64,000 bases of DNA, from IMG/VR virus record IMGVR_UViG_3300031760_000035, positions 10,959 to 74,958 of that record, one strand, 5' to 3'. Below, in pieces: positions 21,446 through 31,106 of this stretch; the stretch's first letter is position 1, and every line of letters begins with the position of its first letter. This stretch comes from a virus (lineage: Duplodnaviria > Caudoviricetes). Below the pieces are notes generated by a model. That model saw only the letters and a list, made by a program, of their open reading frames with translations. It was not told the DNA's origin and searched no databases. Position numbers and translations under genes: made by a program.

Positions 21446-22650
21446 CCGCGAGGTTGGCTAGGTTGCTCTTGGCGTTAAGCAGCTCCTGCTTAACCTTGCC
21501 ATCAGAGAGTGACGCCAGAACCTCTAGCTTCCCCTCGATCCAACCGACCGTAAGAACCATGTCCATGATGCCGCGCTTGTCGTTAATCATTGCAACTCTC
21601 CTAGAACGGAATCTCGTCCTGCCCTCTCAGGCGCAGCTTGAGGTTGTACCACTTGAACTTGACATCCTCGATGAGCGTCCTGATTGGGTGCTTGCGCCGC
21701 TGATCCTCATACCAACGCTCGGCAATCACGCACTCGGCATCGTCTGGCACTGGCTCGCCGTACTTCAACATGCACTCGCCGCAGGTGTCGTAGCCATAGG
21801 CCCTAGACTCGTATGGGCATGTCCCTGTGTAGCACATCGGCAGCTCCTAGAACGGAATGTTTTCCGGCAGCAGCTTCTTCCCGCAGAACGGGCAGTAGCT
21901 TATGGTGGCGACTCTCATGCCCACGTAGCACGACGGGTCGCCTTCCCAGTCTGGCTGATAGTCAATCAGCGCCCATTTGCCGACGCGCTCGTAGTTGCGG
22001 ATGGACATGTGCGCCTTCAACGAGCCTTCGCACCGATGCGTGACGTAGTTGCCGCGCCAGTCCTTGACGCTCATCAGACCTCGATTCCCAGCTCGCGTGC
22101 GAGAATCACGAACGTGAAGTTGCCGCACTCGTAGTCCTCGCACTTGCGCCAGTCCTTGTCACGGCACCAGAATGCCTTGCCGCAAATCTCTGGCATGAGG
22201 TTGTCCAGCAGCTCATAGCAGAAGTCCTTGAGCTTGTCGTTCTCGCCATAAAGGCGCTTGATTTCGGTGAGCATCGGCAAGTCCGACACATCACAACGCT
22301 CCACAACGTCGCGCAATGTGACCTCGGCGTACACCTTGCCGTCCTTGACGGTCATGGGATAGGTCTTCATCACTCGTCCTCCGGCGCGCACCAGTAGACG
22401 TTGACCGACCAGTGCTTGAACCCATCTGCGCGCTTCTGCGTCCACGACCAGTTGTACCAAGGCTCACCGACCTCATAGAACTCGTCACGCAGGGAGTCCA
22501 TAAGCTCGGCCATCTCATCCTTGCTGGCAATGTGGACGCTGAAACCGCCCTCGGTCGATGGGTAGTCTGGCGCGAACTTCTCGCACACATCCACGCACAC
22601 AGGCTCGATGAAGGAAGCCTCGAACTCGTCAATCCAAGACTTCGCCGAAA
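21399..22650 (-). CDS. Cluster of about five short hypothetical genes, several Cys-rich
   Basis: ORF track; one ends CPFCGKKL. Confidence 0.45.
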
Positions 22651-22652
22651 CC

Positions 22653-23469
22653 TCAATCGTCGCTGGCACCGCAATCCCTCCTGTTCCACTCCTCGATGGT
22701 TTCCCGCATGCTGTTGCTGTTGACGGTAGTAAAGACGTGCCCCAGCTCGCATATGACGATGGGGCTGTGAGTCCAATTGCTGTCACGATCCGCATAGTGC
22801 GCGACGCTCCCGCAGAAGGGGCACCGCTTAACCTGACTTGCTGCCATCGCAATCCCTCCTGTTCCACACTCTGATTACGTTGCGCTCGCCGTACTCGTAA
22901 ACGTAGTAGTCAGTCTTGACATGGCACTTCGAGCACTCAATCCTGCTATGGCTCGGTTCGTCGCTGATATAGAGGTGCTTGATGCGCGCCTTGCCGCCGC
23001 AGAACGGGCAGGGCTTCAATTGCCCTAAAGTCGTATTCATAGACCCTCCTGTTCCACGCTGCGATGGCATCGTTCTCGGAGTAGAACATCGGCCCGCTAC
23101 GCCTGTTCGCGTAGCAGCCAGCCGTCTCGCAGCCGACAAGCCAGAAGAGTCCGGCGAACATGCCAGAGTCGCTTTCGACCGCAGCCTCGCCACCGCAGAA
23201 CGGACAGGGTTTTAGCTCGCTCATGCGTCTACCCTCCTGTTCCATGCTGCGGTCACTCGCTCTTGGATTGTTCCGCTTGGTATCGTCGCGCCACATCTAA
23301 CGCAGATCACAGTGATGGCAAGTGCGTCAGCCTGCACGCCCGACCACGGATGACGAATGCCGCTCACATAGCGGTACTCAGGCTCGCCCCCGCAGAACGG
23401 GCAAGGCAACAGGCACCCGTGCTCAAGCTGCACTACAGCCATGCCCTGACCACCACCCACTTGCCCCAA
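22653..23469 (-). CDS. Four tandem Lar-like Zn-finger genes (22653-22847, 22828-23040, 22946-23224, 23221-23469)
   Basis: Each has (P)CPFCG...CxxC...WNRR; each contains TGGAACAGGAGGG. Confidence 0.75.
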
Positions 23470-25073
23470 GGCAGCGACTCCGTGATTGCACGCGCGAGGG
23501 TGTCGGCGAAGTCGCCAAGGTCAACCTCGACACCACAGAAGTCGGATAGCACGTCGCTGGGAACGTCGTTGAGTCCCAACTTGCCACTCATGCCATGCTC
23601 CACCGCGCAGTCCCACCACGACTCGAACAGAGCCTCGGCAATCTCGTCCTGCACCTCGTCCTCGTCATCGTAAATCTTGTCGAACTGGACGCCGGGAACG
23701 TCCTCACAGAACTCGCCGAACAGCAGCCAATCGACGCTCGCCTCGATGCCCTCGTGGTAGTACCAGGCGTAATCGTCGGGGCCGTTCTCGGTAATCGTTA
23801 TCATGGGCAGCTCTGGGTTCTGCTCTAGCACGGCACGCACCCTCTCCGCGCTCTGGCGGTTCAGCTCTATCGTGCGTTGCAGCGTCCTAGCCATCGAGCA
23901 CCCCGCACAGCTTCAAGGCTTCCTCTGCCGTGTCGCACCAAGCCTTAGTCTCGAAGCGGACGCACATCTTGCCGTCGTAGGTCTGGCTGGGAAACGCGAA
24001 GCACGTGCCGTTGGGGCCGTCGAAGGAAACCATGCTCATGGTTCCACTCTGCTCCCAGTCGATGCCGTTCTTGTCGAGCAGCTCCTTCAGCTTCTCCATC
24101 TCCATGTCCCCGCGCGTGCGGGCCTCAATGTCAATCATGTTCCTCCTTCTCTTGGCGTGCCATCTCGTCGTTCACGCCGTCCTCGTATCCGACCTGGTAT
24201 CCCTCGTCAAAGCCGCAGTCGTGCCAATACCTGTAGGCTTGCTCGACTGCATCCTCGTCGTTGCCGACGTATCCCTCTTCGGGCTTTGCCATTCGCTCAC
24301 CCCTAGAGTCTCGTATGGATGCGCTTCTCGTTGGTCTTCTGAGCGCTAACATCCTGCGTTGCAACCTCGACGCCGCTCAGCGCGGACGGGTCACCTGCAT
24401 CGCCGCCCAGATACATCCAAAGGGTGTACGAGGTGCAGCGCGCCGCAACGTCTGGACTCACATCATGCGCAGCGTATCCGCGCATGAGTGCCGATTGCAG
24501 GTTGACCACCTCGATTGCTCTGGGGTCTGTCAGCGGGAGCGCCCCTGACTTGACGGCTTTCAGCTCGTCGGCAAGGGCATCCATCTCGCCACGCATGTCT
24601 GCGGCGTCCCTCTTGAACTTCTTTACCTCGGCATCGTGCGCAAGCCTTGCATGAACCGCTTGGATCGACTTGTCCTCAATGTCCTTCATGGCGCTTTTGG
24701 CCTTGTCCTCATATGCCTTCTTGATGGCGTCGAAGCCAAGCTCGCCGGTGTCAAGAATCTCAAGCAGCTCCAAGAACTTGCTTATGGTTGAGTTGACTGC
24801 CTGCTTGTTTGCAGACAGCCCAGCCCTCTTTCGCGCAGCCTCGACAGCCTCGAACAGGTTCTTCTGTTTGTCCCCTTGGACTTCCTTCTCTTGGTGGCCC
24901 TTCTCGACAAGATGGGGCAGTCCGCTGCGCGTTGCATATTCGGCTATCGCTTCGCTAAGGCCGGGGAACCTTGCAAGGGACTCGTCGTTGATGGCAACGG
25001 AATACCTTGCGCCGTCGCTGCTGCTGACGATTACTTCCTTCATGTTCGGGTTGACCTCGTACTCATACTCCAT
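23433..25073 (-). CDS. Four hypothetical genes, including coiled-coil protein 24303-25073
   Basis: ORF track with SD-like starts. Confidence 0.5.
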
Positions 25074-25082
25074 GTCGCCCTC

Positions 25083-25376
25083 CTACAGATAGTTGGAACC
25101 CATGAGCGCGACGAACGCCTTGTGCTCCGGGTCGTTGATTCCCTCGCGCTCCTCCCACCTTCTCTGGCAGTCGCGCTTCACCCAGAGGTCGAGCCTTCTG
25201 TCACGGTGGACGCTGTACCTGCCCTGATGGTGGAAGTGGCACAGCGGCGCTATGCAGCCCTCGCGGTCGGAGATCGGTCTGCGCGAGCTTGGGTACACGT
25301 GATGCCACTCCACGAACGGGCTTCCGCAAATGATGCAGGCGGACATGTCATACAGCGGCGGCTTCTTGGCACCCAT
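25083..25376 (-). CDS. Small HNH-like Zn nuclease (NinG/Ref-like)
   Basis: CIICG..EWHHVY...PLCHFHH. Confidence 0.55.
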   Translation of the reverse strand: MGAKKPPLYDMSACIICGSPFVEWHHVYPSSRRPISDREGCIAPLCHFHHQGRYSVHRDRRLDLWVKRDCQRRWEEREGINDPEHKAFVALMGSNYL

Positions 25377-25774
25377 CAGTACCCCGCCTGCGGATTGGAG
25401 TACTCGCGCTGCAACTGGGAGTCAACGAGCTTGACTTGCAGCTTCGTGCTCATGATGGCCTCCAACGCGGCGCGCGTCATAGTCTCTGACACAAGCATCT
25501 TCTCGCGTGCCTCCGCCACTGGCGCGACTCCCTTGATGATCTGGGAGATGACCGTCGCTGGCATGCCCTGGTCTTTCAGCTCCAGGGTCTTAGCTGCCTT
25601 CGCGGTGTAGTATTCGCGGTCGCGCCTCGCATGCTCCGTGCCAAGCTCGCGGTACTCGTCTATGAACCTGTCGAGACGCGACCTAAGCTCGCGCTCTTCG
25701 AGGTAGAGGTCGTACTGTGGCGGCACGTCGCCGTCATAAGCCTCCGCTGGGAGGTAATCGTCGTACTGGTCCAT
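25376..25774 (-). CDS. Hypothetical helical protein
   Basis: 132-aa ORF coupled to its neighbours. Confidence 0.55.
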   Translation of the reverse strand: MDQYDDYLPAEAYDGDVPPQYDLYLEERELRSRLDRFIDEYRELGTEHARRDREYYTAKAAKTLELKDQGMPATVISQIIKGVAPVAEAREKMLVSETMTRAALEAIMSTKLQVKLVDSQLQREYSNPQAGY

Positions 25775-25790
25775 GGGCTGTCACCTCGCC

Positions 25791-26273
25791 CTATCCAGCA
25801 AGCTCAAGCGTCTGCTGCGTCCCGACCGTCTCCTCGATGGCCGCGAACACGTCGGACAGCTCGTTGAGCGCACGGTACTTTCGGACGAACGCCATAAGCT
25901 CGCGCTTCGCGCTGTCGAGCAACGCATCCCTGCTGTCGCTGCTCCTGAGCACCACGCCTATCGACCTGAACTCGCGGCTGTTATCCGACGCGACGGGAAC
26001 GAAGGCGCGAACGGGTTCACTGCTTCTCCCGACGCTCACCTCTATCGAGCGGATGATGTACGACGCCTGCCGCTCTCGGTACTTCTCTGCGGCAACGCTG
26101 TCATCCCACTCGAAGCACCCGTGCAGCGGCGCATCGTCCGGCCTGCTTGCGTTCACCAGGTTCGCTGGCGTCAATCCCCCGCTGGACTCAAGGCGCTCGC
26201 ACTCCTCGCCAGCGACCTGCGCGCTCACTGGGAGACGCGCGCCCGACTTGACCTTGTATATCACAACCACCAC
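25791..26273 (-). CDS. Hypothetical protein directly downstream of the pentamer array
   Basis: LTPANLVNASRPDDAPLHGCFEWDDSVAAEKYRERQASYII; SD GGAGGT upstream. Confidence 0.75.
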   Translation of the reverse strand: MVVVIYKVKSGARLPVSAQVAGEECERLESSGGLTPANLVNASRPDDAPLHGCFEWDDSVAAEKYRERQASYIIRSIEVSVGRSSEPVRAFVPVASDNSREFRSIGVVLRSSDSRDALLDSAKRELMAFVRKYRALNELSDVFAAIEETVGTQQTLELAG

Positions 26274-26288
26274 CTCCGAAAAGAATCG

Positions 26289-26312
26289 TGGGGCCGACGA
26301 GCGCCGACCCCA
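26289..26312 (-). terminator. Hairpin closing the array (TGGGGTCGGCG-CT-CGTCGGCCCCA, then CGATTCTTTT)
   Basis: GC-rich stem followed by a short T-run. Confidence 0.55.
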
Positions 26313-26320
26313 CCGACAAA

Positions 26321-26831
26321 GTGCCGCACGGTGACTTGCCTAGCCCCACAACGACTTGCGAGAACGTGCCTAGACTCGCCTGCCACGCCGTGCCAAATCA
26401 CGCCATACACTAGCTCGCCCAAACCAGCCGTGCCTGCCAAACCTTGCCTTGCCTTGCCACGCCCAACATCACCAAGCCTGAACTCGCCAAGCCTGCCGTG
26501 CCTCGCCTCACCAAACCGCGCGTCGCCGCGCCGTGCCAAGCCCCACCTAACCTGCCATGCCTCACCTAGCCAGAACTCGCCAAAACTAGCCAATCCCCGA
26601 CTCGCCACGCCTGCCTTGACTCGACGTGCCGTGACACGCCTAGACGTACCTGACCTATCCTCGCCTGCCGCACCAAGCCATACCACGTCCTGCCTAGCCG
26701 AGCCTAACCGCAACGAACCGCACCCTACCTGCCATGCCTCGCCTGACCTCGCCTTGCAGTACCGTGACAAGCCACACCTGCCAAGCCTCGCCTGGCCAGA
26801 ACCCGCCTTGACACGCCATTCCTTGCCTGCC
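26321..26831 (-). ncRNA. GGY-NN pentamer array: 95 pentamers in 9 units separated by GGCA (VIPR-like guide RNA array)
   Basis: Strict 5-nt register; by hand count 65/95 triplets are GGY and 82/95 are GKY; the dinucleotides are variable. Confidence 0.85.
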
Positions 26832-26848
26832 ACGTATGAATCGTTTGT

Positions 26849-27538
26849 CTAGCTGATCTTCAACTCAAACATGCCGTTCTGACCGTCCTTCTCGGGACGC
26901 CACTCTCCGATTCCGCAGCAGAAGCCGCCGAACCCGACCATGTTGAGAATCTGTTCGAGCGAGTACTTTCCGTCCTTGTTGTACTTGAGACGCAGGGGAA
27001 TCTCCCACTCCTTGAACTCGCCACGATAGCGGATGTCTGCCGACTTGCTCATTCCGCCGACGCGAACCATGTCCTCACGCATCTCTGGCACAGAGCCGAC
27101 GATCTCCGCCATATCAACGGTTGATGCGTCCGTGCCGCCCTCAAGGAAGAACGTGCCGCGAAGCTCAGTCTGCTTGACATCCAGTCCGGCTCGATATGCA
27201 CCAGAGATGATTGCCTGTTTGATGCCATTTACCGGAAATCCGAACTTTGCGCCAGCAGCGACGCAGTTGTTGAACGCGGCTTCCGCCTCCTCGTCACTGT
27301 TCCCGTCAAGCGGCTTGAGCGTGAGCCAGTACAGGCTGTTGATGAAGTCGTTGTATGGAATCTTTATGTCGTGCTTCGCGCCGACCTTCTTTCCGCGCTG
27401 CTTGTCCAGCATCATCTGCTTTGCCTTGTCGCTCCAAGCGTGGACGATGAGCGGTGTCGTGCCGACGATGGCGATGTCCACTGTCTCGATGTTGATGGGC
27501 TTGATTTCAATGGTCTTGACGCTCTTTGCAGTTGCCAT
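26849..27538 (-). CDS. RAMP/Cas7-like protein (Vipr-like)
   Basis: N-terminal IVGTTPLIVH, 'IRYRGEFKEW', and C-terminal Gly-rich loop GFGGFCCGIGEWRPEKDGQNGMF; immediately upstream of the array. Confidence 0.75.
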   Translation of the reverse strand: MATAKSVKTIEIKPINIETVDIAIVGTTPLIVHAWSDKAKQMMLDKQRGKKVGAKHDIKIPYNDFINSLYWLTLKPLDGNSDEEAEAAFNNCVAAGAKFGFPVNGIKQAIISGAYRAGLDVKQTELRGTFFLEGGTDASTVDMAEIVGSVPEMREDMVRVGGMSKSADIRYRGEFKEWEIPLRLKYNKDGKYSLEQILNMVGFGGFCCGIGEWRPEKDGQNGMFELKIS

Positions 27539-27599
27539 GATGTATAATCTCCTTTGGTGAGGAAGCGGCTCGGGCGTGGTGACCCAAGCCGCTTTGCTT

Positions 27600-28316
27600 T
27601 TACTCTGCGCCCTTCGGACGCCATTCCTTCATCTGGTACAGCGACCAGTCAACCTGGTCCAATGCGCTCTGCTGCTGCGGTGCCTCGTTGAGGTAGGACT
27701 CGAAGTGCGACGGCCTGAAAAGCGTCTCTGGCCGAAGGTACTTCTCCTGCTCGGTTCCGAGCCACTGGGAAACCTTCACGTCTATGACGTGCTTGAAGTC
27801 ATCGAGCGTGTAGCCGTCAAGGAACCTCGCACGAATCATCCTGCGCGTGGCCTCCGTGCCTACTCTGTAGTGCTTGCCGGACTTCTCGTTTAGGTAGGCG
27901 ATCACATCCCCGTAGGGCACATCCGCATCGTCGGGCTTGCCCGACAAAGTAGTTCTTTCTTTACTAGCAACCTTATCTAGTATTCTTTCTTGCTGATTTG
28001 AGGAGTCTGCTTCGTCATTCTGGCAAGTCTGCCTTGCCGATTTAGCAAGGCAGCTATGCAACGTCCTTGTTCTGCCGTCGAACGACGCAATGCTGATGTA
28101 GCCGAGACTCTTTAGCTTGGTTATCGACCTTGACACCGTGGACTCGCCACACTGGCAGAAGTCTGCGAGGTACTTGTTACTTGCGTAGCAACCCCTCTCG
28201 CCGTCAAGGCTGTCAATCTCTAGTAGAATCATCTTCTCTATCGCATTGAGCCGCATGTCAAGCCAGACGCTTGCTGGAAACCAGACGCCCTTGAACTCGC
28301 GTTTGTCTTTTCCCAT
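27600..28316 (-). CDS. Phage replication initiator (winged HTH plus conserved phage C-terminal domain)
   Basis: YASNKYLADFCQCGESTVSRSITKL; YLNEKSGK..KYLRPETLF..FESYLN. Confidence 0.85.
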   Translation of the reverse strand: MGKDKREFKGVWFPASVWLDMRLNAIEKMILLEIDSLDGERGCYASNKYLADFCQCGESTVSRSITKLKSLGYISIASFDGRTRTLHSCLAKSARQTCQNDEADSSNQQERILDKVASKERTTLSGKPDDADVPYGDVIAYLNEKSGKHYRVGTEATRRMIRARFLDGYTLDDFKHVIDVKVSQWLGTEQEKYLRPETLFRPSHFESYLNEAPQQQSALDQVDWSLYQMKEWRPKGAE

Positions 28317-28771
28317 CACGCATCGCCGCGCACGATGCAATCGATAATCGGTTGTACATCACTTGCATCGACGTACACGATGCCGTTCATCGTCCTTGTC
28401 TCTATGCCGAGCAAACGAATCGCGTTCTTGACGTTGCGTAGGGTGATGTACGGGAACCCTCGCGATGTGTCAATGACTTCGCTGAGCGCCCTCTTGACCC
28501 TGGGGAGCGACACGCTCTCGACGTTGTTCGGCTGCTTGTTGTACATCGGCATGTACTTCCAGATGTACTTATTCTCAAGCATGTCGAGATCGTCTACTGA
28601 ACACGGCATGGCGTAAGCCTCGTCATGCTCCTTGTCGGTATGGCTCGCAATACGCGACACGCCAACCCTTGTTTGGCCCACATATACGACCTCGCCGTGA
28701 TTGAGAAGGAAGTAGATGAGACACCTGTTGCGCTCATCTACTTTAATGCAGTCACTCTCCTCGAACTTCAC
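28316..28771 (-). CDS. GIY-YIG-like nuclease domain protein
   Basis: IYFLLNHGEVVYVGQT..RIASH..LENKYI. Confidence 0.6.
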   Translation of the reverse strand: MKFEESDCIKVDERNRCLIYFLLNHGEVVYVGQTRVGVSRIASHTDKEHDEAYAMPCSVDDLDMLENKYIWKYMPMYNKQPNNVESVSLPRVKRALSEVIDTSRGFPYITLRNVKNAIRLLGIETRTMNGIVYVDASDVQPIIDCIVRGDA

Positions 28772-28994
28772 CCCACCACCTCGCCGTTCTCGTCAACCCA
28801 AGCGACGTAGCCATCGGATGCCTCGACGGGAAGCGGCGGCTGCACAAGCTCGATCCGAATGATGACAGGCTCGCCGAAGTACGTGCGAAGCTCGTCAACG
28901 GAAAGGCCGTCTCCACCGAGGACGTTGATGACCACCTTCTCGGCTGAAACCTTGGCATCCTTCATGACGGCCTTGAACTCCATCGCGGCCATGG

Positions 28995-29906
28995 CTAGTT
29001 CTCCTTGGCCTTCGCGAGCCACTTCCTAGCCTGCTCGACGGCGACCGCAAGCTGCTCCCGCGTCATGTCGTTGCCCATCACGAAGCCCGTGTCCGCGACC
29101 GCCTTGGACTTGAGGACGGCAAGCGCGACCTCGCCATCGTCCTTGTCGCGAACGAGAGCCAGTTCGCGCACCGTCTCGTTGAAGATGGATTGCAGGTCGC
29201 TGGTGTCGCTTTCGACCTCGTATTCGGCTTCCTGTGGCTCCACAGGGGCATCCGCGTCAACGCTGCCGTGAACCTCAACAACGTCGGCGTGAACCTCGGT
29301 CACGTCGGGCGCGACGCCCATCTCCTCTGCGACGTACATGCCGTGGAAGTCGGACGGGAACGCGAGACGCAGGGCGGTGGCCTTCGCGCACTTCGAGATC
29401 ATCACTCCTGGCATCGACTTCCAGAGGCTCTGGTTCTTGTTGTACTCGTCAAGCGTGACCTCGGCGTACGAGTCGATGCGGCCCTTGCGGTGGACTCGCG
29501 CCCATCCACCGACAAGAACCTCGTTAGCGGCCTTGTACGTCGCGGTGCCCTCGCGCTTCTGGATGCTGCCGCTCGCGTCGAGGTACACGACGCCATGCTC
29601 CATGCCGAGGTAGTCGGGATGCGCGTTGGCTCGGCGCTCGAACACTATCTCTGCGGTGATCATCTGCGCGGGGCTGTTGCCGAACTTCACCAGGTACGCC
29701 TCGCGGATGAACGGGTTGAGTCGCTGCGCACGGCACAGCTCCATGAAGAACGTGACCTCCTGCGGGGTGGCCTTGTCGCAGATGAACTGCAACACGTCCT
29801 GCTGGGAAATCTGGATGCTGTTGCCAGCATCGTCCTTGAACTGGATGGTCTGGTTCTGCGCCGGTGCGAGCACGATGCCCGTGGGCGCGTTCTGGAAGTT
29901 GCTCAT
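28995..29906 (-). CDS. RecT/Bet-family single-strand annealing protein
   Basis: CRAQRLNPFIREAYLVKFG...LWKSMPGVMISKCAKATALRLAFP. Confidence 0.93.
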   Translation of the reverse strand: MSNFQNAPTGIVLAPAQNQTIQFKDDAGNSIQISQQDVLQFICDKATPQEVTFFMELCRAQRLNPFIREAYLVKFGNSPAQMITAEIVFERRANAHPDYLGMEHGVVYLDASGSIQKREGTATYKAANEVLVGGWARVHRKGRIDSYAEVTLDEYNKNQSLWKSMPGVMISKCAKATALRLAFPSDFHGMYVAEEMGVAPDVTEVHADVVEVHGSVDADAPVEPQEAEYEVESDTSDLQSIFNETVRELALVRDKDDGEVALAVLKSKAVADTGFVMGNDMTREQLAVAVEQARKWLAKAKEN

Positions 29907-30099
29907 TTCCTTGTGGCCCTCCTCTCGGTGGCACGCTCCTTCTCGCGCGCCCACCTTCTCACGATGATGTCGTGCGCCAGCCCCTTCCTGAGTCCCATGG
30001 CCCAGTCGATCTGGCTTGGTGCGAACGGCACAACCGGGTTGTCGAAGTATGACATGACCTCATCGGCCATGGTCATGTCCGCCGCTGACTCCTTCGCCA

Positions 30100-31098
30100 T
30101 CACTTGACCGCCGATATGCGCAGACCGCCATCGCGCAGGTATGCCGTCATGTACTGCTCGGCAAGCTCTGGGTGCTCCTCGCAGAATCGCTTCTGGTCGA
30201 ACCTGCTCACCGTTGACTTGACCCACGTTACGCGGTAGACGTCGGACACGACGCCCTTGTTGCTGCCCGCTGCGGCCCGTATGTCATTGGCTATGCGCTT
30301 GGCCTGCTCCGCATACTTCTTCTCGCAGGACTTGGCCTCTTGGTATTTGTCTACCAGCGTGTCGAAGTGGTCGTTGTTCTCGGGCGCGACGTACTCGGTG
30401 GCACCAATGCCGTACATGTCGAGCAGCGCCTTGGACTCGCTCGAAAGGCCCACGAGCTGCGGCATGACATCCTTCTCGACGTACTCGCGCCAGAAGTTGT
30501 CAACAGCCTGAGCCACTGCGGAAACGTCGCCATCGTCCCAATCGATGCGGTACTCTACGTAGTGCTGACCGCCGATGAGCGCAGCGACGTACGCGAAGCG
30601 CCAGCCAGTGACGGACATGTAGTGCGTGACCTGCGTGAGGTAGTAGTCGGGGACGCCGTGCTTCCAATCGTCCTCGCGGTTCTTCCCCACGGTCTTAATC
30701 TCAAGGATGCCCCACTCGCCATCCTTCGTGCGGATTCGACCGTCTAGGTTGGCGTGTGCCCACGGGCGCTCCCTGCTGACGAGCGAAGCCTTGAACTCGC
30801 TCACGAAGAACTCCGGGTGCTCCTCCCGGAACTTCACTCGAATGATGTCCTCAAGGCGGTTGCCCCACTCGACCGACTCCTTGCCGGAGAGATCGTCGGA
30901 ATCCTTGCGCCCGGTCTTCTCCATCCACACCTCAAGGGGCGAGCGGTAGCTGCTGATGCCCATGATTGCGGCAACGTCGGAACCGCCGACGCCGCTCTTG
31001 CGGAAGTCCAGCCACTCCTCCTCGCTGTCCATCACGTAGGCATCGAATGGGCGGTCCTTGTCTGGCACGTGCGTGGCCCTGCCGTTCAGCTTGTACAT
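30100..31098 (-). CDS. YqaJ-like viral recombination exonuclease
   Basis: GVGGSDVAAIMG, WGNRLE, ANLDG, LEIKT, YYLTQVTHYM. Confidence 0.93.
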   Translation of the reverse strand: MYKLNGRATHVPDKDRPFDAYVMDSEEEWLDFRKSGVGGSDVAAIMGISSYRSPLEVWMEKTGRKDSDDLSGKESVEWGNRLEDIIRVKFREEHPEFFVSEFKASLVSRERPWAHANLDGRIRTKDGEWGILEIKTVGKNREDDWKHGVPDYYLTQVTHYMSVTGWRFAYVAALIGGQHYVEYRIDWDDGDVSAVAQAVDNFWREYVEKDVMPQLVGLSSESKALLDMYGIGATEYVAPENNDHFDTLVDKYQEAKSCEKKYAEQAKRIANDIRAAAGSNKGVVSDVYRVTWVKSTVSRFDQKRFCEEHPELAEQYMTAYLRDGGLRISAVK

Positions 31099-31106
31099 GC
31101 GACCAC

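Noticed and set aside
26321-26831. Canonical CRISPR array or simple microsatellite
   Set aside because: No 23-50-nt identical repeats with contiguous spacers, and the dinucleotides vary too much for slippage-derived tandem repeats
25773-26852. Long ORFs across the repeat array (26261-26833 minus, 25773-26852 plus) as proteins
   Set aside because: They are low-complexity by-products of a stop-poor G/C repeat; the conserved period is 5 nt, not a multiple of 3
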